DNA of 64,000 nt from Clostridia bacterium (GTDB taxonomy: Bacteria > Bacillota > Clostridia > Christensenellales > UBA1242), in contig JAFQDL010000009.1 of assembly GCA_017399265.1 (NCBI GenBank), positions 130,078 through 194,077 on the forward strand, given 5' to 3'. Under the pieces are notes generated by a model. That model saw only the letters and a list, made by a program, of their open reading frames with translations. It ran no database searches and was not told where the DNA came from. A program made the position numbers and the translations under genes. Positions within the stretch are counted from its first letter, which is position 1. Every line of letters begins with the position of its first letter. This document shows, piece by piece, positions 40,930-49,671 of the stretch.

Positions 40930-40951
40930 CGAATCCCCTTGGGACTACCAC
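40930..40951. repeat. 22-nt direct repeat, copy 2 (orphan tRNA-Glu 3' end)
   Basis: Exact copy of 40737..40758, with no tRNA body upstream and its own terminator downstream. Confidence 0.9.
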
Positions 40952-40957
40952 TTTTAA

Positions 40958-40983
40958 TCTCTATCTTTTGATAGGGATTTTTT
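40958..40983 (+). terminator. Intrinsic terminator after the orphan tRNA-Glu 3' end
   Basis: tctctatc / gataggga stem (one G-U pair) plus T6. Confidence 0.65.
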
Positions 40984-41072
40984 CATATTTGCAAAAAGTT
41001 GATAAATTTGAGAAAATTTAATAGAAAATTGTGATAGGTGTGATATAATTTTTATGTAGGAGAGTTTTATAA

Positions 41073-42260
41073 ATGAAAAATTTTAAAATATTTTTAATTA
41101 TTTTGGTTATGGTATTTATTCCAATTTGTTTAACTGCTTGTAAAGATAATAATACAACTCAACCATTAGATACTAAACCAGCAAGGTTAGATTCTCCTGA
41201 ATTGTTATGGGTTGATTCAACAATAAAATGGAATTGTATAGAGAATGCATCTAAATATGAAATTGTAATTAATGATAAGGTTATTTATACTTACAACAAT
41301 TATATTGATATAGAAGTAAATACCCAGATAAAAAATTATAAAGTAAAGGTTAAAAGTATAAGTGAAAACAATAATTATTTAAATTCTGATTTTAGCCAAG
41401 AACTAGAGTTCAATACTATAAAACTTTACAAGCCACAAATATATATTTTGATTAATAATGAATCACATACCGTTACTGTAAATTGGACTACAAATAATAG
41501 ATTAGCAGATTCGTATAAATTTATTATAAATGACAATGAAGAAAAAATTGTATCAGTCGATGAAATTTTCATAACAGAAGATGAACATATGAAAAATCTT
41601 ATTGAAAATTATATTGAGTGCAGTTACACATTACAAGGTGAACTTTTTGATGTTGGCAACAATACAATAAAAATTCAAGCACAAAGTGATAATAAATATT
41701 ATTTGTCATCAGAAGTCTCAAATAGTTATGCATTTTATAAAAATCCACAATATACGAATATTAGAGTTGAAAACGGGTTGTTAAAATATGGAGAAAATTC
41801 AATCTACAATACTGAGATATGGGATGCAATAACTCCTGATTATGATTTTCCAGTGATCAACAAAGAAAACACACCAAATTATACGTCAATTAGTGATAAT
41901 CGGTTATTATGGTCGGATCCAGTATATGTGAATATATATAAAATTCATAGTCCTAAGATTGTTGAACATAACATTAATCAAAATAAACTAGAATTAACAA
42001 TACAAGGATATGATCCACAATATGTTGGCAATGAAAATAAATCGATTTTAGGTTATGACTATAATAAATTGAAAGTTATTGTGTATACATCGGCTTTTTC
42101 TTTTACCTATTATGTAGATTCAAAATGTTTAGACATTGAGAAGATTATTGTTGACTTATCTACAAATAATATAAGTCCATCAAATGTAAGAAAAATTGAA
42201 TTAGTTGCAATGAAAGAAAATTACATTTCATCAAAAATAGTTGAATATAGATTAAAATAG
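41073..42260 (+). CDS. Lipoprotein with FN3/Ig-like repeat character
   Basis: MKNFKIFLIILVMVFIPICLTAC is a signal peptide plus lipobox. Asn/Tyr/Ile-rich beta-type sequence with repeated W..N/W.TNN segments. Confidence 0.7.
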   Translation: MKNFKIFLIILVMVFIPICLTACKDNNTTQPLDTKPARLDSPELLWVDSTIKWNCIENASKYEIVINDKVIYTYNNYIDIEVNTQIKNYKVKVKSISENNNYLNSDFSQELEFNTIKLYKPQIYILINNESHTVTVNWTTNNRLADSYKFIINDNEEKIVSVDEIFITEDEHMKNLIENYIECSYTLQGELFDVGNNTIKIQAQSDNKYYLSSEVSNSYAFYKNPQYTNIRVENGLLKYGENSIYNTEIWDAITPDYDFPVINKENTPNYTSISDNRLLWSDPVYVNIYKIHSPKIVEHNINQNKLELTIQGYDPQYVGNENKSILGYDYNKLKVIVYTSAFSFTYYVDSKCLDIEKIIVDLSTNNISPSNVRKIELVAMKENYISSKIVEYRLK

Positions 42261-42550
42261 AAATAAAAAATAGTTGAAACTTTAAATCAAATTCTATATG
42301 GGTTACTATACCCAAACGCATATTCAAAAGACTTGACTAACAAAAATGAAACTTAGCTATAAGTTTTAAAATAATGAAAAACATAAACCTTCAACCTTTG
42401 TGTTCTCAAAATTTTAAATTTTTGAAAGTTTGCAAATTATAAATTTTTACACTTTGAAATTGCAAAATTCACGCCAAATTTCAAACTTTGATAAAAGATT
42501 ATCAAAGCATAGTTGATAATTAGCAGTACACCTTGGGATTACCAGTATTA

Positions 42551-42578
42551 AAAGAAAGCTATTGGCTTTCTTTGTTTT
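42551..42578 (+). terminator. Orphan intrinsic terminator in a 400-bp ORF-free region
   Basis: aaagaaagc / gctttcttt 9-bp stem, then gTTTT. No annotated plus-strand gene ends immediately upstream. Confidence 0.5.
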
Positions 42579-42664
42579 GTAGTTTCTCACCAGATTGTTT
42601 TAAGGTTAATTTAATTGACTATTTTATGTAATTGCGATAATATGTTGAATTTGGCGAGGCTAAC

Positions 42665-42862
42665 ATGACTGAAGATAATAACATAACTACTAAATATGGT
42701 TTTATTACTGATGGAATGTTTAGAGAAAACTCATGGGAAGTTATTTATGCAGACCAATCAGTAGTTGCGGCGATAGCAGTGTTTGCAACAGATATAAAGC
42801 AAAGTGCTAATTTGACAGGTAGTTTGTCATTAAATATTACATATGGAAATATGTGGGCTTAA
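42665..42862 (+). CDS. Small hypothetical protein (65 aa)
   Basis: ORF with a weak GAGG SD. No recognisable motif. Confidence 0.35.
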   Translation: MTEDNNITTKYGFITDGMFRENSWEVIYADQSVVAAIAVFATDIKQSANLTGSLSLNITYGNMWA

Positions 42863-42993
42863 TAAGTAAATTAACGGGATTTATATTAGTCCGGTTTTTT
42901 ATTTCAATCTCTATAAATACTTTTGCTAATAAATTTACAAAGATACAAAAGAGTTGTATAATTTAAATAGATAATATAGCAAAGGAGATTGAT

Positions 42994-43971
42994 ATGGCGA
43001 AAACAAAAACGTTGGAATGTAAAGATTTGATTAGTGTGTTAGTTCCTATGTATAATGTAGAGAAAACAATTGCTAGGTGTGTAGAATCTATTTTGAAGCA
43101 AACATATACCAACTTAGAGATAGTGTTGTTAGATGATGGCTCAAAGGATAAAACGTATGAGATAGCCAAATCTTATGCAGATAAAGATAGTAGAATTAAA
43201 TTATTGCATAAAGAGAATGAGAGGAATCTTAGCAAGACTAGAAACTATCTACTTGATAACTATTCTGGAGATTATGTAATATGGGTGGATAGTGATGATG
43301 TATTACAAAAGAACTATGTAGAAAAACTTTACAATGCCATAATCAAATATGATGCAGATATGGCTTGTTGTAGATACAAGGTTCAATTAGCCAATATGCC
43401 TATTCTTAAATTAAAGCCAACAAAAGAATTAATTTTTGAAAATGAAGATATTATTCCCCAAATGATTTTGAATAATAAGATATATTTTGTTGTGTACAAC
43501 AAGATTTATCGTAAAAGTTTATTACAGGGGGTTAGGTTTAAGGACACTGTTAAGTATGGTGAAGATTTAGTATATTGCTTGGCATATGCAAAAAAGTGTA
43601 AAAAAGTGGTTACCATTAGTGACAAACTTTACCATTATATTCTACGTCCAGGATCAGAAATTAGACAGAAGTTTTCGGACAAGCACATTTCATTTATTAA
43701 TGCGCTAGAAGAGATTGTTTTGACTGAGGAAGATGAGAATATTAAGAGTGTCATCAAAGCATGGCTTGCATTTTCTTGTAGCACATTAACCTTACTAGCG
43801 AAAATCACTAAATTCAAAGATAAAAACTATTTAAACAAAATGAATTATTATTCAAACCTATACATGCCTGATTTGTTAAAAAATAAAAAAACCAAGAGGT
43901 TTTATAAAAGAGTTATGCGATTAGGTAAAATAACATGGGCTAAGCCAAAGGCAAAAACTATATATGGATAA
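42994..43971 (+). CDS. Glycosyltransferase family 2
   Basis: ISVLVPMYNVEKTIARCVESILKQTYTNLEIVLLDDGSKDKT plus DSDD, the canonical GT2 (GT-A) signature. AAGGAG SD. Confidence 0.9.
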   Translation: MAKTKTLECKDLISVLVPMYNVEKTIARCVESILKQTYTNLEIVLLDDGSKDKTYEIAKSYADKDSRIKLLHKENERNLSKTRNYLLDNYSGDYVIWVDSDDVLQKNYVEKLYNAIIKYDADMACCRYKVQLANMPILKLKPTKELIFENEDIIPQMILNNKIYFVVYNKIYRKSLLQGVRFKDTVKYGEDLVYCLAYAKKCKKVVTISDKLYHYILRPGSEIRQKFSDKHISFINALEEIVLTEEDENIKSVIKAWLAFSCSTLTLLAKITKFKDKNYLNKMNYYSNLYMPDLLKNKKTKRFYKRVMRLGKITWAKPKAKTIYG

Positions 43972-44872
43972 TTTGTACAATAGATTAAACGAATACTATA
44001 AAAACAAGTTTGGAGAGCGTGTATTAAAAATATGTGTAGATGGTGGCTTTACGTGTCCTAATAGAGACGGAACCAAAGGGGTTGATGGCTGTATATTCTG
44101 TAGTGAGCGAGGAAGTGGTGAGCATATCAAGTATAGAGATGTTTCAAATCAGATAGCAGAGCACTTAGCCAGTTATAGAGGGCAGAGAGCAAATAAGTTT
44201 ATAGTGTATTTCCAAAATTTTTCTAATACATACGCCAATATAGAAAAATTAAAATCTGTTTATGACAAGGCATTTGTATCAGATAAAATAGTAGGTATAT
44301 CAATAGCAACTAGACCAGATTGTATTAACAATGAAGTTGTTAATCTTTTAAAAGAATATAACAAAAAAATATTTGTCTCAGTTGAACTTGGGTTGCAAAC
44401 AGCAGATGATAATATTATGAATATATTGAACTTGAAATATACAGTGAAAGATTTTAAAATGGCAGTTAGTCTTTTAAAAGATGCAGGAATAAATATTGTA
44501 GCGCATATGATGTTAGGGTTGCCACAAGAATCTAAGGAGAGTATAGATAATACAATAGAGTTAATTAATGATTTGGGTGTTGATGGGATTAAAATACATA
44601 ATACGTATGTAGTTAAAAATACAAAGTTAGAGGAATTATATATTAAAGGGCTATATAAACCGTTAGAACTAAATGAATATATAGAAAAGTTGGGTTATGT
44701 GCTTGCTAGATTAAGTCCCGACATTGTTATTCACAGGTTGTCCGGAGATGCAGAAAAAGACAAGTTGGTGGCGCCAGATTGGGATTTGCATAAGAAATGG
44801 ATAGTAAATGGGATAACAAAGTATTTGAAAGATAATAATCTCAAGCAAGGAGTATTGTACAAATCTGCATAA
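43964..44872 (+). CDS. TIGR01212-type radical SAM protein (YhcC-like)
   Basis: 302 aa. GGFTCPNRDGTKGVDGCIFCS is the non-canonical Cys cluster context I recall for this family. Overlaps the GT2 stop by 8 nt. Confidence 0.75.
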   Translation: MDNLYNRLNEYYKNKFGERVLKICVDGGFTCPNRDGTKGVDGCIFCSERGSGEHIKYRDVSNQIAEHLASYRGQRANKFIVYFQNFSNTYANIEKLKSVYDKAFVSDKIVGISIATRPDCINNEVVNLLKEYNKKIFVSVELGLQTADDNIMNILNLKYTVKDFKMAVSLLKDAGINIVAHMMLGLPQESKESIDNTIELINDLGVDGIKIHNTYVVKNTKLEELYIKGLYKPLELNEYIEKLGYVLARLSPDIVIHRLSGDAEKDKLVAPDWDLHKKWIVNGITKYLKDNNLKQGVLYKSA

Positions 44873-44994
44873 TTCTGTGCAAAAAAAAATAAATTAATTA
44901 CATATTTGAACAAAATATTTAATATTTGTACAAAATAAGTTGTATATTTGAATTTTATGTGTTATAATGTGTCCATAATATAGGAAGGTGAAAT

Positions 44995-45696
44995 ATGGAA
45001 CTTTATACACTATTTATTTCTAATGATTATGACAAGTTAGAAGAATTAAGGAATGTATTAACAAATTGTAAAGTGGAAATGCTAGATTACAAAGCTGCAA
45101 TTTATAAACTAGCTTTATATGGTAGATCTAGAATGGTTATTATATTGGATAGAAATTATAAAGACTACGAGTTGCTAGCGGAAAGAATAGGAAGTAGTTT
45201 TAGATTTTTTAATCATTTTTGTATCATATTTATAGACGATATTATAAATGTAGAAACATCTAAAATATATAAGAATATTAAATATGTTCCACAAAACACG
45301 TATCGTGAAGATATAAAAAAGTTAGTAGAGGAGTACTCAAAAGAGGAAAATAGAATTCTGATGAGAAGTTCATATTATAGAGAAATCTTAATATCACTAG
45401 GATTTAATTCAAAAATGCAAGGATTTGGTTATTTATTAGAGATTAGTAGCCTTGTAGAAATTGGATATAAATTAGATGAGAAATTAATAGCCCCAACACT
45501 TTATGAAAAGATAAGGCGTAAAGAGAATATTAGTGTCAGTAATATTGAAAGGAATTTGAGAACTCTCATATCTGCAGCTAAGAAGAATGGTCTGGCTAAC
45601 AAATTGGAAAATCTTTCTAAGGTGTCGAAGATTACAAACTATGTAGTAATAAAATATATTTATGACATATTTTTTAGTTACGTCAATTTAATTTAA
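44995..45696 (+). CDS. Spo0A_C-like DNA-binding domain protein with a degenerate receiver-like N-terminus
   Basis: The C-terminal region ILISLGFNSKMQGFGYLLEIS...LYEKIRRKENISVSNIERNLRTLISAAKK mirrors the Spo0A C-terminal pattern (GxxxxxKGxxYLxE ... LY..IA.K.N...S.VER.IR.AI). Call is from memory of that pattern. Confidence 0.5.
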   Translation: MELYTLFISNDYDKLEELRNVLTNCKVEMLDYKAAIYKLALYGRSRMVIILDRNYKDYELLAERIGSSFRFFNHFCIIFIDDIINVETSKIYKNIKYVPQNTYREDIKKLVEEYSKEENRILMRSSYYREILISLGFNSKMQGFGYLLEISSLVEIGYKLDEKLIAPTLYEKIRRKENISVSNIERNLRTLISAAKKNGLANKLENLSKVSKITNYVVIKYIYDIFFSYVNLI

Positions 45697-45750
45697 ATAT
45701 TTGTAGAATTTACTTGAAAAATGTTGTATAAAATGATATTATCATAATAC

Positions 45751-45875
45751 CTATTAAGAGTGTGTTAGGGACAGCCCCTTTGATCACACAGCAACCTGAC
45801 GATAGTTAAGGTGCTAAAGGCTGAACGATGGGATAATATGGTTTTTGCTCCCATCGATCGATGGGAGTTTTTTTG
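45751..45875 (+). promoter_or_regulatory. SAM-I (S-box) riboswitch with terminator, upstream of metK
   Basis: TTAAGAG...AGGGAC.GCCCC..TGA...CAGCAACC...AAGGTGCTAA fits the S-box core. The expression platform ctcccatcgatcgatgggag plus T7 (45849..45875) sits 13 nt before metK. Confidence 0.8.
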
Positions 45876-45888
45876 TGGGAGTGTGTAA

Positions 45889-46983
45889 ATGAGAAGAATA
45901 ATAACAAGTGAATCTGTAAATATGGGGCACCCAGACAAAACCTGTGATATTATAGCGGATTCTTTTTTAGACGAGGCTTTAAGGCAAGATCCTAATAGTC
46001 AAATGGCGGTAGAGTGCGCAATAAAAAATAATAAACTTTTTATATATGGTGAAGCTACTACTACAGCGAATATAGATTATGACAAATTAGCAAAAGAAGT
46101 TCTTTTAGATTTGGGATATGATTGTGACTTTGAGATTACAAAGGAATTAAGCGTTCAGAGTCCACAAATTAATAAAGCGGTTGTTGGTGAAGAATTAAAG
46201 GCAAACGATCAAGGGATTATCTATGGATATGCTACAAACGAAACGGAAGAATTTATGCCAATGCCTATTATTTACGCACATAAGTTAATGAAAGAGTATG
46301 ATATATTTAGAAGAAAGGACACAAGGTTTAAATCTGATGCAAAATCTCAGGTGTCAGTAGAATATGAAGGGGATAAGCCAGTAGCTATTAATACGATACT
46401 TGTTTCTGTTTCTCATATCTCTGGACTAGATAATGCAACAATAAATTCTGAGATTATTAACAATGTGATAAAGCCAGTATTTAGCAAATGTGCTATTTAT
46501 AACGAAGAAAATGTTAAGATAATAGTAAATCCAAGTGGTGAATTTTCCATTTGGGGAAGTTTTGGTGATAGCGGCTGTGTAGGCAGAAAAATAGTTGTAG
46601 ATACTTATGGCGGTGTTGGAAGGGTCGGAGGAGGTTGCTTTAGTTCTAAAAATGCAACCAAGATAGATCGTAGTGCGGCATATTATGCAAGATATGTAGT
46701 AAAGAATATAGTTGCTAATGGATTAGCAGATAAGTGTGAAATACAATTATCGTATGCTATTGGTATAGCTGAACCAGTTAGTATATATGTAGATACTTTT
46801 GGAACTGAAAAGATTGCAGTAAGCAAAATATACGACTATATAAACAACAATTATTCTTTTTCTGTATCTAATATCATAAAGGAATTAGATTTGTTAAAAC
46901 CAATATATAAGCAAACTGCATGTTTCGGACACTTTGGAAGGCCAGAGTTTGCTTGGGAAAAAATAAATAAATTTCAAAAATAA
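45889..46983 (+). CDS. metK: S-adenosylmethionine synthetase
   Basis: 364 aa with SESVNMGHPDKTCD, GDQGIIYGYA-like DQGIIYGYAT, and DTYGG motifs. Confidence 0.95.
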   Translation: MRRIITSESVNMGHPDKTCDIIADSFLDEALRQDPNSQMAVECAIKNNKLFIYGEATTTANIDYDKLAKEVLLDLGYDCDFEITKELSVQSPQINKAVVGEELKANDQGIIYGYATNETEEFMPMPIIYAHKLMKEYDIFRRKDTRFKSDAKSQVSVEYEGDKPVAINTILVSVSHISGLDNATINSEIINNVIKPVFSKCAIYNEENVKIIVNPSGEFSIWGSFGDSGCVGRKIVVDTYGGVGRVGGGCFSSKNATKIDRSAAYYARYVVKNIVANGLADKCEIQLSYAIGIAEPVSIYVDTFGTEKIAVSKIYDYINNNYSFSVSNIIKELDLLKPIYKQTACFGHFGRPEFAWEKINKFQK

Positions 46984-47054
46984 TTAAAAAGAATAACTAA
47001 GATATTTACGTACTAAAAATAATATATAAATACAATTACATAAAGGACAATATT

Positions 47055-47444
47055 ATGCAAAACATATTAGAAAGGTTAAAGAGCTTTTCGCTAAAGCAGA
47101 ATAATAATCATATAAGTATTACAATTCCATTGGTGATAGTGACAGATGGCGGATTGTTAGATTTAATAATAGAACAAATTGATAACGGGTATAAAATTTA
47201 TTGCCCAAGAGATTTTTTTAGCGAAGCTAATGGTAGTCAAGAGTTTTACTATAGTATTTTTGAAAATAAAGATAAAAGTTATCATTACGAAATGAAGATA
47301 CAAGACAATATCATATATAAAGAATTTTCAAACGAGTATAATATTGTAGTTGCATTGAGCGAAGTTATTAGATTCTTTGTTCTGTTTGATGATTTTATCA
47401 TAAATAACGGTGTTGTAGGTAATGAAGAAGATTTTGCTAATTAA
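47055..47444 (+). CDS. Hypothetical protein
   Basis: 129-aa ORF followed by a hairpin at 47489..47521. I recognise no family. Confidence 0.45.
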   Translation: MQNILERLKSFSLKQNNNHISITIPLVIVTDGGLLDLIIEQIDNGYKIYCPRDFFSEANGSQEFYYSIFENKDKSYHYEMKIQDNIIYKEFSNEYNIVVALSEVIRFFVLFDDFIINNGVVGNEEDFAN

Positions 47445-47654
47445 ACTATAAAATATAATGAATAGATTGCTTTTTCTATATGTGTATGATATACTACCAT
47501 TGTTTTTCAAGGGTAGTATATTTCTTTAGAGGAGATCGTCTTGGTGTATAATGAGATTATTGATTTCCATTAAGTAAAAAATGATCTATCCTGGAAAATT
47601 TTTCACACAAGCAAGGTCTTACAAAAACATGTTGGGTGTATAATCAACTACAAT

Positions 47655-47734
<80 letters not shown>

Positions 47735-47747
47735 TTTAAATAAATAT

Positions 47748-47771
47748 CCACCAGCTTAGCTGGAGGTTTTT
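47748..47771 (+). terminator. Terminator after intact tRNA-Arg (island-borne)
   Basis: ccaccagc / gctggagg stem (one mismatch) plus T5. Confidence 0.6.
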
Positions 47772-47774
47772 CAT

Positions 47775-48428
47775 ATGCGGGCATAGCCTATGTTACTAGC
47801 ATAGCGAAATCGCTTACCCCCTGTCTGCCACTCGCGACGCTCACCTTTATTTTTTAAATGGGTCTATTAATTCCGTTATTGTCATTTGTTCTGCCAACTT
47901 ATTTTCTTTTAGTTGGTTCGCGATATATTCTTTTATTCTCTCAGTGTTTTTACCAACCGTGTCTACATAGTAGCCACGGCACCAAAACTCTCTGTTTCTA
48001 TATTTAAATTTCATATTTGCAAATTTTTGATAAATTAGTAAACTACTTTTACCTTTTAAGTACTCCATAAAACTGCTTATGCTAGTTTTAGGAGGAACCT
48101 CAACTAACATGTGAATATGGTCTGGGCATAATTCTGCTTCAACGATATTAACGCCTTTCCATTCACACAACGACCTTAGAATTGCTCCTATATCTCTCCT
48201 ATATTTTCCATATACTACCTGTCTTCTATATTTTGGTGCAAACACAACATGATACTTGCAATTCCAAGTCGTGTGTGCTAAACTATTAGTGTCTTTCATA
48301 GACATTTTCTCCTTATGTTCTAATATTACGTCTGGGCAGACTACATATTTTAACATAAGGAGTTTTTTTTGTTCAACGGTAAACCTCCACTGACCCCCCA
48401 GACTATCTGGGGGTTTTCTAAAACAAAA
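47775..48428 (-). mobile_element. IS200/IS605-family insertion sequence (tnpA only), boundaries approximate
   Basis: A Y1 transposase gene is flanked by GC-rich subterminal hairpins (cccccaga/tctggggg at 48387..48405, agcga/tcgct near 47813). The size of ~0.65 kb fits IS200. Confidence 0.55.
47847..48305 (-). CDS. tnpA: IS200/IS605-family Y1 (HUH) transposase TnpA
   Basis: AHTTWNCKYHVVFAPKYRR, the HUH motif PDHIHMLV and a C-terminal YIANQ. Start set at ATG 48305 after AAGGAG. Confidence 0.9.
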   Translation of the reverse strand: MSMKDTNSLAHTTWNCKYHVVFAPKYRRQVVYGKYRRDIGAILRSLCEWKGVNIVEAELCPDHIHMLVEVPPKTSISSFMEYLKGKSSLLIYQKFANMKFKYRNREFWCRGYYVDTVGKNTERIKEYIANQLKENKLAEQMTITELIDPFKK

Positions 48429-48431
48429 AAA

Positions 48432-48450
48432 TAGGGAGCTTGAATCCCTA
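48432..48450 (-). terminator. Terminator closing the island operon
   Basis: taggga / tcccta stem. The A-run on plus (48424..48431) is a T-run on minus after the stem. It lies 4 nt past the M16 stop. Confidence 0.65.
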
Positions 48451-48453
48451 TTT

Positions 48454-49671
48454 TTAATGTTGAACGATTGAGTTATACCAATTGTTGTTTAACGAGTTAC
48501 AAAAGTTAATAAATTCAGTATATGTTATATTTTTTATGAGTCTAATTAATTTTTTATAGTTTAGTTGTGACGAATATATACAATAACATTCGCTGACAAA
48601 TTGAGCAAGAGAGTTGTTAGCTGAAAACTCCTTGGCAAAATTTAAAGATAATAATGTTTTTGACTTTTCAAATTCACTTAAATTTATTGTTAGTAGATTG
48701 TCCTTAGACAAATTTGCCTCTAATAAAGATATGGTTTCTTTATATTTATCAGAACTAACATGAGCAATAACAGTTAAAGAGGAGTGATTGGTAAACATAT
48801 CACTATAAGAGTATACTGAATACACTAAACCTTTATCTTCCCTTAAACTTGTAAATAACCTACTGCTTAGTGAGCCTCCTAATATCTTCCCTAATATTTT
48901 TAATTTTAGGAAATCTTCAAAAGTATTAGTTGGATAAATATATCTTTTACCAATTATAAATTGTTTATTGTTTAAAACTTCATCTGGTAATAATGAGCTG
49001 TCCTTAAATTTAGGCAATTTACAATCATTATCATATACTTCGCTTTTGATTAATGTGAGTTTGTTTATAATATATTTTTTGATTGTATGTGTGATTTTCC
49101 CAGATATTGTAACAACCAAGTTGTTATTACGATAATACTTCTTTTTAAAGTCAATTATATCTGACAAATTTGGAGAGTCTTTAAATTTTCTATCAGTAAC
49201 TGAATTTTGCATGGCGCAATCGTATATATTTTTATTTAAAGTATCCTTTAAAATATCAATTGGCGATTTTCTATACAATTCTATTTCTTCGTTGATAATT
49301 TGTATTGCTTTAGCATATTCTTGGTTATCATAAAAATCGTTTGTGAGCAAATCTATAAATAAATTAAAAGAGCTCTTAAATTGATTTGTTAAACAATCCA
49401 TAAAGAAATGGGTGAATTCCTGTTTTGTACAAGCATTTATTTGTGAGCCGTATTGCTCTAATTCGTTTATAATGTCTGAATAGTTTTTATTTTGTGTTGA
49501 TCTTAAAAATAAATGTTCTAATAAGTGAGCAAATCCTCGTTGATCTTCATTTTCATCTTTATTACCAACTTTATAACAAAAATCAATATTAATATATTTC
49601 TGATTGTTTTTTATAAATATTATTTTTATACCATTTTTTAACTTAATCATATTAACCACCGTAATTTTCAA
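48454..49671 (-). CDS. M16-family (pitrilysin-like) zinc peptidase, candidate leader peptidase
   Basis: FAHLLEHLF is the inverted HxxEH zinc motif. ~400 aa. An alternative start at ATG 49650 lies right after the upstream stop. Confidence 0.8.
   Translation of the reverse strand: MKITVVNMIKLKNGIKIIFIKNNQKYINIDFCYKVGNKDENEDQRGFAHLLEHLFLRSTQNKNYSDIINELEQYGSQINACTKQEFTHFFMDCLTNQFKSSFNLFIDLLTNDFYDNQEYAKAIQIINEEIELYRKSPIDILKDTLNKNIYDCAMQNSVTDRKFKDSPNLSDIIDFKKKYYRNNNLVVTISGKITHTIKKYIINKLTLIKSEVYDNDCKLPKFKDSSLLPDEVLNNKQFIIGKRYIYPTNTFEDFLKLKILGKILGGSLSSRLFTSLREDKGLVYSVYSYSDMFTNHSSLTVIAHVSSDKYKETISLLEANLSKDNLLTINLSEFEKSKTLLSLNFAKEFSANNSLAQFVSECYCIYSSQLNYKKLIRLIKNITYTEFINFCNSLNNNWYNSIVQH

Noticed and set aside
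40801-40951. Whether the GC-rich segment ending in a tRNA-like ...CCCCTTGGGACTACCA could be tmRNA or SRP (4.5S) RNA.
   Set aside because: It is too short for tmRNA. The 5' strand of a T-arm is missing (catagaCGAAT instead of AGGGGTTCGAAT), and there is no tag reading frame. No GNAR-tetraloop, AGCA or GGAA domain-IV signature of SRP RNA occurs on either strand. It is kept only as an att-scar or unknown-RNA finding.
42375-42443. 22-aa ORF MKNINLQPLCSQNFKFLKVCKL in the ORF-free region.
   Set aside because: No SD and no neighbouring maturase-type gene. It is AT-rich sequence where short ORFs arise by chance.
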